Shown here: piece after piece, positions 1-14,923 of the stretch
Layout: each line of letters begins with the position of its first letter
How positions within the stretch are numbered: position 1 is the first letter of the stretch
NCBI GenBank assembly: GCA_051362555.1
Contig: CM120641.1
Coordinates: 35,036,401-35,100,400 of the forward strand
DNA: 64,000 nucleotides
Source of the DNA: Lingula anatina
Taxonomy: Eukaryota > Animalia > Brachiopoda
Direction of reading: 5' to 3'
Position numbers and translations under genes: made by a program
Notes under the pieces: model-generated
Databases searched by the model: none
What the model was told of the DNA's origin: nothing
The model's input: the letters and a program-made list of their open reading frames with translations, nothing else

Positions 1-550
1 AATACAATCACCTGCTGTATGTCTATTCCTAAGAAAAATGATTTATAATTTAGTGTGTATGTGAAAATGGCTCTTTTGAATTGTCTCATTTGATAGTTTA
101 TATTGCATTTTCTCATAGAAACGCTACATTTTCACCACACAAAAATGCCAATTTAGACCTTAAAATGTATTTAGTTAATCTAGGAAATGAAAGTGAATGT
201 TTTTGCCATTGATTTCATAACAGATTCTTTCCCAAAGTACCTTACTGCATGTAATATTTATGATGTAATGTAGAAATTAATGTAGACTCATTTTTCAAAG
301 AAGAAAAAAAAAATATCTTGAATGTCTACCATTTGATAGAGGTGTATACATTTTCTCTTTTGAAGTTTGCTATTTAGACTGGAAGGATCACGTGTTAGTC
401 TTAAGCTTACATATGGCTTGAATTTTAATATGTTGCAGTTGTTTTCCATAACGTTCAGACCTCTTCTTTTTGTGTACAGCATTATGTTGTTAAATAAAGG
501 AAATGACAGAAAACAAATGGACACTTATGTGACTATATTTGCTGTTTCAG

Positions 551-735
551 GCAGCTCCAATTTTCTCTTTGAAAAGAGAGCAGTCCCAGCCAAAGTCTTG
601 GTCATCACTTCCTAGAAATCCTTTTACTAGTCTTGACGAGAGTTATAGAAAAGGTTCAAGGGCATCACTAGATGACAATATATTCAATGGAGTAAGTTGT
701 GTTAAAAAACCGAGCCATCACATTGGCGATCAAGT

Positions 736-780
<45 letters not shown>

Positions 781-3700
781 CATTTGTTATGAGAACAAAA
801 TTAAAATAAACATTCTTTGAAATGAACAGTTAAAACATAGTTATAATGAAAATAAAGCTTTTCTCTAAAGGTAAATTTATGTGGACTGCTCAGTGTACAG
901 GAAGAGACATCTGTACTTATTCACATGGTAACTCCCTTGTCTTTGATATCTTCAGTCTAAGGTCACACATGCACCTCATAAAGGACTATTATACTTACTA
1001 GTATATTACTTGTTATCATAGTATAGTAAATCACAAGTTCCAACTTGGAAGATAGGTCATGTCTGCTCTTTTGCCGTCCTTGTGCTCACATAAGCCCCAT
1101 GTCTAGTCGATGGCATTTTGATATTTTTTATTCAGTTGATTTTTTTTATTTTCTTTTTATGGACTTTGAATGTGGCCAACATGATATTATTTGTCCATTA
1201 AAAAACCCAATGTCCCCAAAAATTTAAGGGGCACTGCATGATAAAACAGACAGGGATTTTTTTATCAAAGAGGCAATAAAACAGGAGCATTTAGGCAATA
1301 AACTTCCTGTGGTAAGTCCCATAAAATTTCAAGACAAGCATCAAGGTTTTTCTTTTCTTTAGTAACATGATAATGTGTTTCATTGCCTCATTGAGCACAT
1401 CTCTTTGCCAAGTTAACATGATATAAGGTTTGAACTCTGATATCTCCGAGTGGGTTTCCTGTCAAAAATTCAGGCAAAGAAAACCCAGTTCATACTCTTT
1501 CTTTTCTTCTTCATAAATGTTGGACGCATTACACATGAACTGAAACTTGAAACTAATCATAGTGTAAAACTGGTTATCTTAGAATGCCTAAACCTGTGAT
1601 AAACCACAAGTATGTCAACTTTTCAATATGCCCCCTTTTGTATGAAGTGCTTAAACATTCCAGAGACTTGTCATCAAATCATATCCCATCTATGTCACTG
1701 CCACTATGTGTTGTAGATACAAGTCCGTATAATTATAACTTAAACAACATTAATTTTGAAAGGACCAAAAAATATTAACAAAAGAGAGAAAAAAATTAGT
1801 ACAAATAAATTCAATTTCCCTAAGATTCAGTCAATACCATTTTATTTGTCTATCAGTTATATCCATCAGTGCTTTGGGATCATTTCCCCCCACATTAGTT
1901 ACACTTTTTTATCAAATACAGGTGTGCAAAACCTGATATCTTAACTTGATAATTACAAGCCATGGACAGAGTCAGTGTGCACTGACGCACAATACTTTTC
2001 CAGTGCTTTTGTTGGCATGACAGGTCACCATTTGGGAGCGGCACTATGCTGCACCATATACTAGTCTCCTTGTTCTGTGCACTTGTTCATTCAACCTGTG
2101 GTGACTGTGCATTGCTCTCTCTCTCTCTCACACACACACATTTGGGACATTAAGTATGGGATCGTCCAGAAGCCATTTGACTTATCATGTCACCTTAACA
2201 GTACCCCAAAGCATGAGAAAGCCTATAATGCTTACTCTTCATGTTATTTACTAAGATCTGCTGTAAGTTAATAAAATTCTCATGTGGACCTTGCAAAAAA
2301 ATTATTTTAAGATTACTCGCACACAAACCTCTCATTTATTTACCTGAATATTGCAATTTCCACTCAGGAGTTGCATTCCATTACATATGATGGATCACTC
2401 TAGGCTTTATGCTGAGCCCTACCGGTCAGGGAAATATGTAATCAACCCTGGGCAAGTGTCACTTTACAAGGTGTCTCTCATTATGTGCCATGGGCCACTG
2501 TCATTAAAATAGATGAATATAGGTAACACCATTGAATATTGACTGAGATTGCATTACACATCTCTATGAAGTTCTTTATGGAGGAAATGGGACTTTAAAA
2601 AGTATTCAGCCCCATGGAACGAAAAATACTTCGCGTGCCATTTGTGGCCTTGAGACATAATTTCTCATTTTGTATGATTGATTCACCAATTGAAACTTGA
2701 TTTCTTAATTTTAATTTGTAATGTGAGTGATGGTCTGTTTATTATCCCTTGCATACTTGATATAATTCTTAGTTGTTTAAGACAAGTATCCCTTAAAAGA
2801 CAAAGTCCTTTTTTTCTGAAATTCACAGCTTTTTGCAAAGTCATTTTCCCATGCACCACCTTTAAACCTGATGACAAGAGTATTTTAAATATTCAGCCTT
2901 AGTAAGAACAAGTTCGTGTATATACTTGCATGCATGCATGCAGGGCCTCTCTTGAGTGGTTTTTCAACTCTGCTGCTTATTGAAAAAATGGTTTCAAGAG
3001 AAACCTGAAGAAGTTGCAACAATTTATACAGGATGAAGCTGTATTGTGGGCAGCTGAGGTGTGTTTTTAGAAAATTATCAAAGTTTTTCTTTTAAAAAAA
3101 GTTTAGGTATCCAAAACAGAAAATTTTAGATGGTTGGTTTTACTTTCTTTCATATTTCTCATTTCTTCTTGCAGCACATGTCATAAAATAAGGCTTTGAT
3201 AAGTTGTCCAAGTGCTTCTCTCTTCTCATGAAAGGCATTGCATATCCACACCACCCAAGATCAAACAAATGCCCCTTCCCTCCTCTTGTAACATGCCCTT
3301 TCATCTAGAAGCACAGTATAAAGTTCCTTTCCACAACAGTCTAAAATTTTCTATCTCCTTCTACTGTTGACCCAGATGGGAGCTCATTATCTCGGTTAAT
3401 ATAATCAGGGGACATACCTGTTGTGCATGACATTGTGGCAGTGCCTTGTACAAAGAAGGAAGGGTGCACATGATATCAGGCATTTTATCTCCACCATCAC
3501 TCTAAACTTGACTGCATTGTGAAAATGGTGCCCACGGGAGCATGGCTTAACAGGACAATGATGCAGCTTTTGGGATGAGAAATGGAAGCAAATTTGGCAG
3601 AAGAGGTTCTGATTGAACCGGAAATTGTCTATTTTGGTTGCTTTGTACCATTGATATCGTCCAAAGAAATGGAGGCAGAGTGGTTCCAACAGCTCTCACA

Positions 3701-6700
3701 TTATGGAGCTTTTCATTGGAGCCTCATGGTCATCATGTAAATTGCAAAGTTAATGTGCTTTTCAAATCAAACCTATTTCCTAGAGCCTGTAAAAATTAAT
3801 TCTGATTCGGTTGTTAAAAAACACCCTGCCCTAAAATAAAGTAAACAAATAAAGGTAGCATTAATAAGAAGAAAAAACAATTAAATAATTATAAAACTAT
3901 GTCTAGTCTCTTTTCTGCTCAAATAGCATTGAAAAGTCTTGAATTTCTCAATCTTATTGCATCTAAGTAAGCCAAAGGAATGTTGATCGGAAATTCACAT
4001 ATTTCATATCCCAAAGCTTAATTTTATCCCATATAAAAAGATGCATTTTGAAAAAAAAAAGGAAAAGATATAGGATATAATTTTTATTTTCAGGAGACGG
4101 AGGTGGTGAGTGTATCCCTGCAGAGCAAGGACATCATTGGGCTTGGGTTCAATGTTGCTGGCAGCATGCGTGATGGCATTTTCATCAGTCAGGTGCACAA
4201 CAGAGGCCCTGCCAGTGAATCAGGAAAAATTAAAGTTGGTAAGTGTGTGACAGACAGACAGACAGACGGACAGAAAGACAGGCAGATAGACTGTATGGTG
4301 TATGTTACAGACAGCTATTCACCCTTTTACTTCTTATATGGTTTATTTGTGATATTAATTTTTTCACACTATATGCATAGTTCCATTCTTGTTTTCATCT
4401 GTTACCTACACTCTGAAGTCAAATAAGGTCAACTTATTGCATTTATTCACAATGCAGGTATTTTCATATGGAGATGAATTTGTCTAGATTCCAAACAGCT
4501 TAAAAGTGTTGTCAGGAAGTAAGCCGATCCTCAAAATAGACTAAGGCCCCATTCCCATAGACACCACCGATCTACACAGATCGATCCAACTCTCACTGAG
4601 TGCAATTAGCATAACTAAATGACAAGCTTCCTTCTTGTGTTAATTAAAATATACACCAAAGCTGCTAATTATACAAGTATGTTGGAAACCAGAAGAGGTG
4701 TGTCAGTCAGTTTAGCAGATTGTACTCGGTGAGATTGCCCACAGAGTTGGATCAATCTAAGTAGACCAATGATGTCTATGGGGATGGGGTCTAATAGCCC
4801 ATGTTAACATTTAATGTAATACTGTAACAATGTATTTAAACATATAATGCACATAATGTATGGTCCTTTCAAGATAAGCAGTTCCCATTAATGACTTTTA
4901 AGTAGAAAAATTCCCTTATGTAGTTCAAATTATATTAATAATATACAGGCAATGCATGTATTTAAACTAAAACATATGAAAGAAAGTTTGGAAATGATAC
5001 ACATTATTGCAATAAATAGGAAATTACTTTTCAATTTTGAATTGTGCACAGTCCATGTAATTCTACTTATCAAAACCCACATAAGAAATTGAACTCTTTG
5101 TGGCAGGGCAAATTAGCATGGACATTATGAACAAGCACATGCTGGGGTCAGCCATACATAAAGTAACCACATAACCCCTCCTTCTCCACATTGTATATCT
5201 GCTTTCCTTCAAAGGCCATCATGGAAGGAAGCTCTTCAGGTGTGAGTTTCCTCTTAGGGCTTTTCTACCTTCTTTGGCAGGATGGTATGCAAACTTCAAG
5301 TACTTCTGTTCAACTATTTCACACACATATTAAGTGTATCAATGAGGCATTTCCTTATCACTTAAAGATTTCCAAGTGAAAAATTATCAAAAAGGAATTT
5401 TTTCAGTTTGGTAGCAGGTGTTGAATGAGGGTCCCAGATCAAGGGAAGTAAAATTAACAATTTACAAATTACAGTAAATAAAACTAAATTCATATCTCAT
5501 TGAAAATGCAGGAAATACAAGTTGAAAATAACAAATCGCCAAGCATAATGACTTCGTTTCACAAATAACGAAGAATAAAAAGCTGCATTCACAAGTCACA
5601 GGATTGGGATTATTCACTGAACACACTAAGTAATATGAATGCTTCAGGCATCTCGGGGGGAAATGAAAGTTGCCTTCATAGGTAATGAAAATACCCCTTT
5701 TTAAATGTTGAAGAAAGAGAATTCTTGATAATTCTATGAAAAAACCTAAAACAGCAAAATTCATTCTTAAGATATTTTGTGAAAGAATAAGATATTTAAA
5801 TCCCTCCTGGCAACATCAAATAACAATTATCTTTTTTGTCATTCTTTCTGAAGAAAATTGCGACATGATTTTGCAACATAAATTTATGTTAAAAAAGGAA
5901 AAGGATAAATTTCCAAACCATTCATCATTTTGACAGTTTCCCTCACTTGGAAGATTTCTGAAAAATGTCAAAAAGTCGCATGCTGAGTCCTTTATTTCTA
6001 ATAGAGAGCATTACATGTTTGTCACGTATTGTCTCAAAAGTGATAGGATTTTGGGGACAGGTTGGCATAATGAGGGATGAAAGAACTGTTGATGCTCTAC
6101 ACACAAAATTAATGTGCAGTGAGTTTTACATGCTTAAAATCAGAAGTGGTTGAATTGGCATTTTTACAGAATGTAGTATTTTTTTTTTTTTTTATTCTCT
6201 ACAGTATTTCTTTAAATTTTTCTCTCCTTTTCTTAAACCTGTTGTAGAAAGAAAGCTTCATTGTATGGGGTATTTAATTTCTGAAAGGTACCATAGAAGT
6301 ATAAAGTTATAGTTGTCCTGTCAAGTAAAACACCTTACCGTGAAACTATTTTTGTGAAAGAAAGTGTACATTTGATCATAATACTTGACTTGTAACCAAA
6401 TCTTGCGAAAGAAATTATCGCACAAAATAATACCTGTATATATTACATATTTGAATTTTAGTTGCTGTTGGACCAAAGCAAATACCTTTAAGGATCATAG
6501 GGGTTTTATTTGTAACATTATTACAAGATGTAACATGACCCTGAAAAGTGCTTCTTGTCCAGTCATATCTAAGCTTGGCTTTCTGTTGCACTCTTTAGTA
6601 TTATTTGGTGTGAAAATAAGGCGAGCCTTTGATATAGACACAATGAAAATAGACAAGAATCTGTGGAATGTATTACTATTCAGATGACAAAAGTTGAAGA

Positions 6701-7155
6701 GGTTTGCACACAATGAAAAACATGTTTATCAACCTTCAACTGGACTGCTGTTTTGTTTGTTTACCTGATATACTTCCCTTTCATTAAAACAGGTGTGTCT
6801 ATAACGTTTACCTCAGCTACCACTCGCTCAAAACAGGAAAAATAATAGAAATAACCAGATAAAGAATCTTAAGTTGCTTGACTAAATGTTCATCTTAAAT
6901 AAGAATGCTCTTACATACTCTTGTTTAATCACTTAATATCTTGCAGTAATGTCTGACAGAAATTAGAAATCTTTAATCCCTATATGATGGAATATTGACG
7001 AAAGTGTGGTAACATTATAAATATTGATCATATAACTCGTGGAGTTTACACTGTTGCTCTGTACAGTCTTTCAAATTTGACCTATAGTGAACATTAAAGC
7101 AGATGAAAAGTTTAGCTTGGAAGTATCAGCCTTGCCATAACCCCCCTCCAAAAAA

Positions 7156-7190
<35 letters not shown>

Positions 7191-10100
7191 AGTAAAAAAG
7201 AGGAATACAGTAATTACTCGATCTTTTCAATGGAGGAAAATTGTGAATTTTACAGGTACTGAACTATAGCAGGCTATGCTTTAATTCTATTCCATGCAGT
7301 AAAAGAGCCACAAATGCTATATTTGTGATTATAAAATTATGTATCTGAAAATTTGATAATTTTTGCCCATAGTACCCCGAGTAAATACCATACAAGTGTA
7401 ATAATATTTTCCCACACATGTCATGAAAAAAAGTGGAGTATACTGAAGGTTGTCCACCTGTTTGATTTATGTCTGTCCATCTGTCCATTGGAGGATGAAA
7501 TCTGAACCACCCACCACTCCTACTGTTTACAGTCATTTTGTCCTTTGTGCTTGAAGACCTTCAGGTATAGTTTTGGTATCAAACCATGATCTTTGAGAAA
7601 ATTGTTTGTCCTTCTGCCTATATGACAAATGTGTGAACATGATGTGTTATAAACCTGACCAAAATGACAGCTGTCCAACACATGACATTTGCCCCATTAC
7701 TGCCAAACGGTATTTTTGTTTTACTTAAAATTTATTAAGTTGTTTTGTATGGTAAAAAAGCAGGTTGCTTTCGAAAATCAGCATGATCAGTTTACATATA
7801 TGGTAATTATTCTGGTTTTTTTTTTTTTGGGGGGGGGGGGGGGGGTTTCCACAATTTTGGTGATGTTAGCCTTACGACTGCCAAACCATATTTTTGCTTT
7901 ACTTTACTTAAGTGAGTGGCTTTTTTTTTTTTTTTGTAAAGAATCAAGTTGCTTTCAAAAATTGGCATGATTGGTTTACATTTACGCTAATAATTGTTTT
8001 TTTTTTTAAATATATATATATTTTATGTTTTCACACATACGCATTTTCAGTGGCTTTTATAGCCCATGAAACTGAATCATTTTCTAGTTTTTCAATGTCC
8101 ATTTTACCTATAGTATGTAAGGTAAGATAGTAAGAGTGATTATGCTGTTTTAAAGCAATATGTAATAGTGCATCAAAATTGGCCAAAACATTATTTGGTG
8201 CACTGATCTCTGCCTCTCAATATCTGAACATTTGTCAGCTTTGCTGCCTTGTTTCCTGTATGGTGTCTGTATATTTGTCAGCTTTGCTGTCTAGTTTTCT
8301 CTTGTGGGGGGATAGGCATGGGAGATGAGAATCAGTTTTAGTTTCTGTAGGTAAGATTACATTTTACATCATAATCCTATTAAGAAAAAGCTTCCAAGTC
8401 TTGTTTTTGGGCGTGTGGAAGCCTACAGTTTAAATTCGATCATTTGTATAAAGATAAATGGCCGTGATAAAAAACATGAAGAAAAGGGAAGCCCTATAAA
8501 GTGTAATGTAACAGCAGTTTTGACATTTTGAAAGTATGGCATGCATATCTACATTTAGGTGAGATTAACCCTGACATGTAATGTTAAGCTGGGTAGGAAA
8601 GAATGGGATGTCTTGTCACATACAGAAGAATGAAAGTTCTTTCTTTCTGTTAAGATGATAACAGCTATTTAATTGAAACCTACTTTTAAAATCCAGTTAC
8701 TTGACAATAATAATTTACACCCCATGGCCCCACTTTTTTGTCATATTTCACTGCCTTTTTCATGTCAAACATTGGTTGAATGTACACAGCTATAATTTAC
8801 ACAATTAGAAAGCATGTTACTCACAAGAAAAACTGCAGGCACAAATATACAAAGTGCCATGTTGCCGTTACCATTTGTTGTGTTTCAATTTCTTTTGAAA
8901 TTTTCTTCCATTTTGCTATTATTAATATATAAATTGATAATCGAAGAAACATTTTTGTCTGGAAAAATATAATGCCAAGACTGATATATTGAGGATTGCA
9001 ATGAAAAATCTATTTTATTTTAAAAATCATTTTTTAGGTGACCGCATAGTCAGTGTGACCATCTCCTTTGAGAACATGGTGTATGAGGATGCACTTACCA
9101 TCCTCAGTTATGCCTCGCCATACCCAGTTCAAGTCCAGCTTCAGAAATCCAAGCCAACAAAATCAGGGGCATTACAAGTGAGGAGAACCCCCTCCCAGAC
9201 CAGCTTGCCCAACCTGCACCACCCACTGTACAGAAGCCAGTCCCTTGATGATTTGAGTCGGATTATGAAGGACAGTCAGCCGCTGAAGACACGTAGAGCT
9301 TTCAGTGAAAATCGGAAAGCTAATCAAGCACTTAAACAGGGATCATTAAAATCGGGTCGTGAGATGACATGGGAAACGAATATGAACAGGCCAGTGCTAG
9401 AACTTGATGAAGATTCAAAGTGGGAAAATGTGAAAGAACCCAATATATTCGGTGATGAGCAAGTCATTGATTTAACAGATGGGAGGAGTGAAATATTCAA
9501 AGAAAAACATAAATTTGTTGAACATGACAAAACTGAAGTACAAGCTACTATTGAAATGACAGAATTACAGAAAGAATCTGCATACAACCTGGAGGCAGTT
9601 CATCCAGTGGACAACAAAGTAGACACTGGTGATAAAAGTTTTGAGGAAGTTGACATTGATAGTCCAGAAAGCACACAAGAGGAACTAACTTCTCCATACA
9701 GTCAGTTAACGGAACAAGATAGGAATGAGCTTATTCGTCTGAGTTACGAAGATTCTGCCCCTCCAGTTGTAGAGAATTCATCGTATCATCAGCAACCTGA
9801 AGTAACCCCTGATGAGGACCAACCAGTTGTGAAGTCACAGTTGGTGGTTAGGCTGTCATCTCCAAAGAAACAGGATGATAGTGGAGTCAAGGAGCGAAAG
9901 TCATCAACATCTTCCAGTAGCTCTTCAGAAAAAGAAGAAGAGAGAGAAGATTCAGAAAGCAAAAGAGAAGATGAAGCAGGAGGTGAAAGTAGTAATGAAG
10001 AGGAGGAAGAACAGTCAGAGAGTTCTGATGCTCCACCAGCAAAACTATCCAGGTATGCCGACATATATAATCTTGCAGAGATTGATGACATGGACAAGAC

Positions 10101-11097
10101 GGAAATGATCCTTCATGAAGAAGCAAGCAGCATGACAACAGAAAGTCAACAGGGCTCAATTTCATCTGCTGAACCCAGTCGCTCTCAATCCATAACAGAC
10201 ATAGAAGCCGAAGTACAGGCCGAAATGCAGACACCCATCCCACTGGATGAGGAAGATGCCAATACTGATGACCCTGCCCCAGGAACCATTGAAGAAGACT
10301 GTAAAGAAAACATTGAAGCAACAATCCCTGACACTGACAAAGACTCTACGCATAACTGCTCAATTAAACTCATGTCTGATGAGGAAAAGGTGCAAGCATT
10401 CCTGACAAATGAAAATCCAGATCCTAAATTGTTATTCAATGAGAGTTTAGTCAATGACTCCACTCCAAATGACCATCACAGCCAGTCCTCAGACTCTGAT
10501 AATACTCCCACCCCCGAAACTGCCCAGGAATTTAACTATGAGATTAATGGGGAAGAGAGTGAGGAGCACTCTGACCAAAGCGGACGTAGTAGTCCAAAAT
10601 TTCTTATCGATGAAGATGAAGTGATTCATGCGGTGCCTGCTCAGGCAATTCTGGATGAATCGGAGGAAGAAGCAGCAGACAGTGCAGTCAGTGAAGGTGC
10701 TTTTGTCATTGATGTCAGTGAGCAGGATTTTACGGACAATAACACTGGCCTCACTGTGCCCGAGACGGCATTCACCATTGACCAAAGTACCTCAGATCAA
10801 CAGGACACTAGTAGTAGTTCATCGTCCTCATCCGAGGATGAGGGCACCTGTTCTCCGAACACCAGTCAGTTTACAATAGTTTTGAATGGTGATGAACAGA
10901 GTAGTAGTTATGGCACGTCTCCCGAAGCATCACCAACCAAACCGAGCTTTATCATTGACAATGACACTCAGACACAAGAACAACTTATGAACATGAGGAA
11001 TAATGAGGAGAATCCATTTGGGAACAATATTACTATGGTTGCCACACAGCAGTATAGTCCAGATGCTTTCACTATAACACTCAACACTGATGAGTGA
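551..11097 (+). CDS. PDZ-domain protein (periaxin/AHNAK2-like PDZ) with long acidic Ser/Glu-rich disordered tail; 5' end probably lies upstream of the window
   Basis: In-frame AG/GT-bounded exons at 551-691 (less certain), 4094-4238 and 9038-11097. The spliced PDZ reads ETEVVSVSLQSKDIIGLGFNVAGSMRDGIFISQVHNRGPASESGKIKVG|DRIVSVTISFENMVYEDALTILSYASPYPVQVQLQK, with a GLGF loop and GD motif. Terminal exon corresponds to ORF 8989-11097, stop TGA. Confidence 0.85.
737..775. repeat. (CT)n microsatellite
   Basis: Uninterrupted ct dinucleotide run. Confidence 0.95.
4545..4791. mobile_element. Palindromic MITE, PIF/Harbinger (Tourist)-like
   Basis: Imperfect long TIRs GGCCCCATTCCCATAGACA.../...TGTCTATGGGGATGGGGTC, flanked by TAA on both sides (4542-4544, 4792-4794). 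A related copy lies at 21921-22152. Confidence 0.75.
7153..7190. repeat. (AAAT)n microsatellite
   Basis: Tandem aaat units. Confidence 0.9.
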
Positions 11098-14000
11098 AAA
11101 TGATATTATTGTCATGTTTTAAAGAATGAGACTATGGCTTTCTTATGTTGTGCATATTATGAATATCATTTAAACCATTCTTATGTCTTATTATCATTAA
11201 TTTTGATAGATGTCAGTTTCGTGGTAACTATTTAAATTGAAAACATTTTATTGTCACTATTTTATAAGATAGAATGTCAATTGTAGCCTTCATAGTTGTA
11301 GTTTCTAACAATTTCTGACAGAGAAATTTTAATGCATTTATTTGATTAATATTGTATGTACATGTAAATATATTTTAAGACTTACAAGCATTAATCTATG
11401 TTAAAGCAGTCAAATGACATCAAAATAAGTGTACAGCTGATTCAGCTCACTTATCAGTTGTAAATAAAACTTAGTATTTAGTACTGTAGATGTAAATCTA
11501 ATATGTTATTTATCAGTTTTATAGAAACTGTAACGTGACCTATAGTTAGTGTTAATGGGTGTAGACTGGATATCTATCTACAATACAAAAGTAGATAAGT
11601 TATGTTTATTATCAGTTGTCCATTAGTTTATATTTTAATGGATCAGAGTATGCTAGGATAAGATAAATTATGACTTTACCATTGTGTTCCTGATACGGAC
11701 ATTGCATGTTGCAAACAGTATTACATCTCACCGTGATGACCTCAGTTAGACATTAGTTACAGCTTTAAAAAATAAAAAATTAAAGAAGGCAGTGATTACT
11801 CCAAGCATATATCCCCCCCCCCCAGACACTCAAAAAATTCCCCTACATTGTTGTGAAAAGTCTTGAATTGAATAATTTACCTATAGTTGTATAAACAATT
11901 AACTTTTATAAATTAATATGAATGTATGTCAAACATATTTAATCAAAATATGATAGTTCATTTGTAGTGGACTTGGAGTCCAATATTTGTAAAATTCCCC
12001 ATCTAGTGTATTTCTTTTTATGTACAAGAATTCTTGTATTTTGTAAACCATGGTTACTGACAAATAATACTACTCAGGTATAAGTAACATAATATGCAAA
12101 TGCTCACAGGTGTATTATTATAAATGTTGTATATATTTTTCACATTTTCAGATGATAATGAATGTTCCAGACCTCCAGATCATAAATTCCGAGTTCACTT
12201 AGTGAGTTTGGCTAGCATATACATATCACTATTGTTTTTTCTTCAAGCAGTTCTTTTTCAAACCTCCACAATGTTGTAGTAACAATATGCAGTATATTAT
12301 GATTAATAAAGCCTATGAATTAATATAAACTGATTTCTGCTGAACATTTGGCTCTTTATTTATTTATTGATTTATTTATTTATTTATTTATTTTTATTTT
12401 TTTGCATGCAATATTACCTAAAATCTCTATTTAAATATCTGGTATGTGCACCCCCTTTGCATTTTCTCAAAGTATACAAATTTTTACATATTTACACTTA
12501 GAGGTGGATGGCATGAGAACCTATTATTCACACAATGGTTTATTAATGTGTATTTATGATGATTGCTTTTCTAAAGCTGATATAAGTTTAGATCTCATTA
12601 CTTATTTACTCGCTCATTGTTGAAATTCAAGCCACATCAAAAACTATTAAATTAAATGTAACATGAAATGTCTGAGTACAGTCAATGCCACGTTAATTAA
12701 AATTTCAAGCCATTCCTCATTCTGTAACAGTCTGCAGTCAAAATATACAGTGGTATTTATTATGATACTCTTCAGTCATTCAAAAATGTTTGTTATTGAG
12801 GAAATGTCCATGCCCCGAGGGGTGTTAATAATCTTTGAGCAAAATATTTTGTAGCGGATGATCAAGACTTCTTATCAGACTACCCTCGAGCTGATCTTCT
12901 TCTGAAGGTATCGTAAAATGAGGTTCTCTGAGGCATGTAACCATTAATAAATATCAAAGCATTCAATAGGTGTTCTAAATGCTAAGATATTTTGTTTTTT
13001 AATGCCCCTTTCAGATTTGCTTCTTAGCTTTCTTTTATTTCTGCAATGTAAAATAATTGTGCATGCTCAGACAACCCAAAGAACTTCATCAATCTCTTTC
13101 CATTAGATACTAAAGAAAATTAATTTTCCTTTTGTAAAAAAAAAGTACCTTGCATCATGTTGCTAATTTTATTTAATAGCAAGATTCCAAAACAAAGGGG
13201 GCATTTTGTGACAATTCAGATGTATTCAATCATCAAAATTAAGACTTCATCACCCTTCTCAAGGATACATTATCTTTATTACTAAATCATGGTAGTGCAG
13301 GCCAACAGCAAAATATTCTCTCCTTCATCAAGAATGCATCAATCACGCATACTTGTGGCTAATAAATACATTTAAACAACTAGAAGGCTTCATAAAATAA
13401 GCATTTCCGCAAAACTGATGCACAATTTCTCTCAAAAGATCTACTTTGTTATTCAAATGTTGACGGATAAGTGCTATTAAGATCCAGCAAAATTGTCAAG
13501 GGAAAAACACCTAAGTACAATAATATTGGCAGGTGTATTACAAGGGATGCAGGCACAGACATTTTGTATGAACTTTTAAAAAATCAAACAGAAATGCTGG
13601 ACAATTTAGCCTTCCAAGAACCATTAATTTTCTATCATTATCGTTCATATTATCAGAATATTTCACAAATAAGCTGTTGAAATTGTATATGATCAATATG
13701 CTGTCATAATGGTAGAACATGGATATCAAGGAAATGAGGGGCTATCCAAATAAATGTTAATGCAAGTACATAAAGATGATCTTAACATAAACTGAAGAAT
13801 TCATTTTATTTACAATCTATATATTTAATATAACTGCAATCAATCAACCATTTTCACTTTTATTTTACGTAGATATAAATATAAAAACAAGTCCAGTGCA
13901 CAATTGTTCCCTAAAGTAACAATAAATTAGTGATAGAATAATAATAACTGCCCTAATGATAAGTAATAATAATCATGAAGCATTCCATAAAAATTTTAAA

Positions 14001-14923
14001 TGCTACTTACAGAATTTCTTAAATTGTCTTTTCAAATGATGAAAAAATACAGCAACAAATAAGTATTGCTGGGTTTAAAAAACTAAATAGAACTTCATAC
14101 ATAATAACTGCTCTTCAAAAAATTCACACTACTTCTCTAGCCATTTAAGATTGTATACAGAGATCAATCAGTAAGATCAATCAATAATTTTCTTTTCATA
14201 ATAATTATCGTTCATTTATTTTTTTTCTTCTAATGAATAACAAATGAATCTTCTTCATTTTACTCAATCATTTCATAAACATCTCTTAAGCACATCTGAA
14301 AGAGTTGGTATGGCACAAGCACAAGTAGTATGGCAAATAAGACATTCATAGCCTCTACTGTCTGAAATTGATATGCTGGCTTCCTTAGTTGCATGTGATA
14401 CATGGAGGTGACTGCAAGTGTTTGACATTGTGGTGTACTGGATTTGTTGGATTGTGTTAGTTGTGATATTCAGTTGCGATCTACAGAAATTTAGAAATCT
14501 CCCAAGATAGACATTTGTTGTTCTTTTGAAATAAAGGAGTAGGGAAACTGTTCTTTTGAAATAAAAGGAGCAGATAAACTGGAACTGACAAAGAAAGATG
14601 TTTGACTATTTTTCAATAAGAATGTATTTTTCAAGATTAAATGGAGTCAGCTCAGGGTGTGAAACCGAAACCACACACGCGTTGCAGTATCCAGTAAAAT
14701 ACAAGATATAATTTTGATGTTTAAAATAACATTAAGGTGGTATTTTGTGTCACTTTGCATCATTTTGTTCTATTTGATGTCGTTGCAGTATATAGTGACA
14801 CCCCTGCCTGATACACAAACTCAGGACGTGAAAGATATGGACCAGGAAAGGCAGGCTGCCAATTCCTTTTTTGCTTTGTACTATTTATTCATATCTATAC
14901 TCGCCTGTTACTACGGCATCATC

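Noticed and set aside
9324-11115. Several antisense or alternate-frame ORFs over the large PDZ-gene exon
   Set aside because: Shadow ORFs of a low-complexity coding exon, with no independent signals.
14519-14580. Two-copy ~30-bp direct repeat TGTTCTTTTGAAATAAAGGAG
   Set aside because: A simple local duplication with no associated structure.
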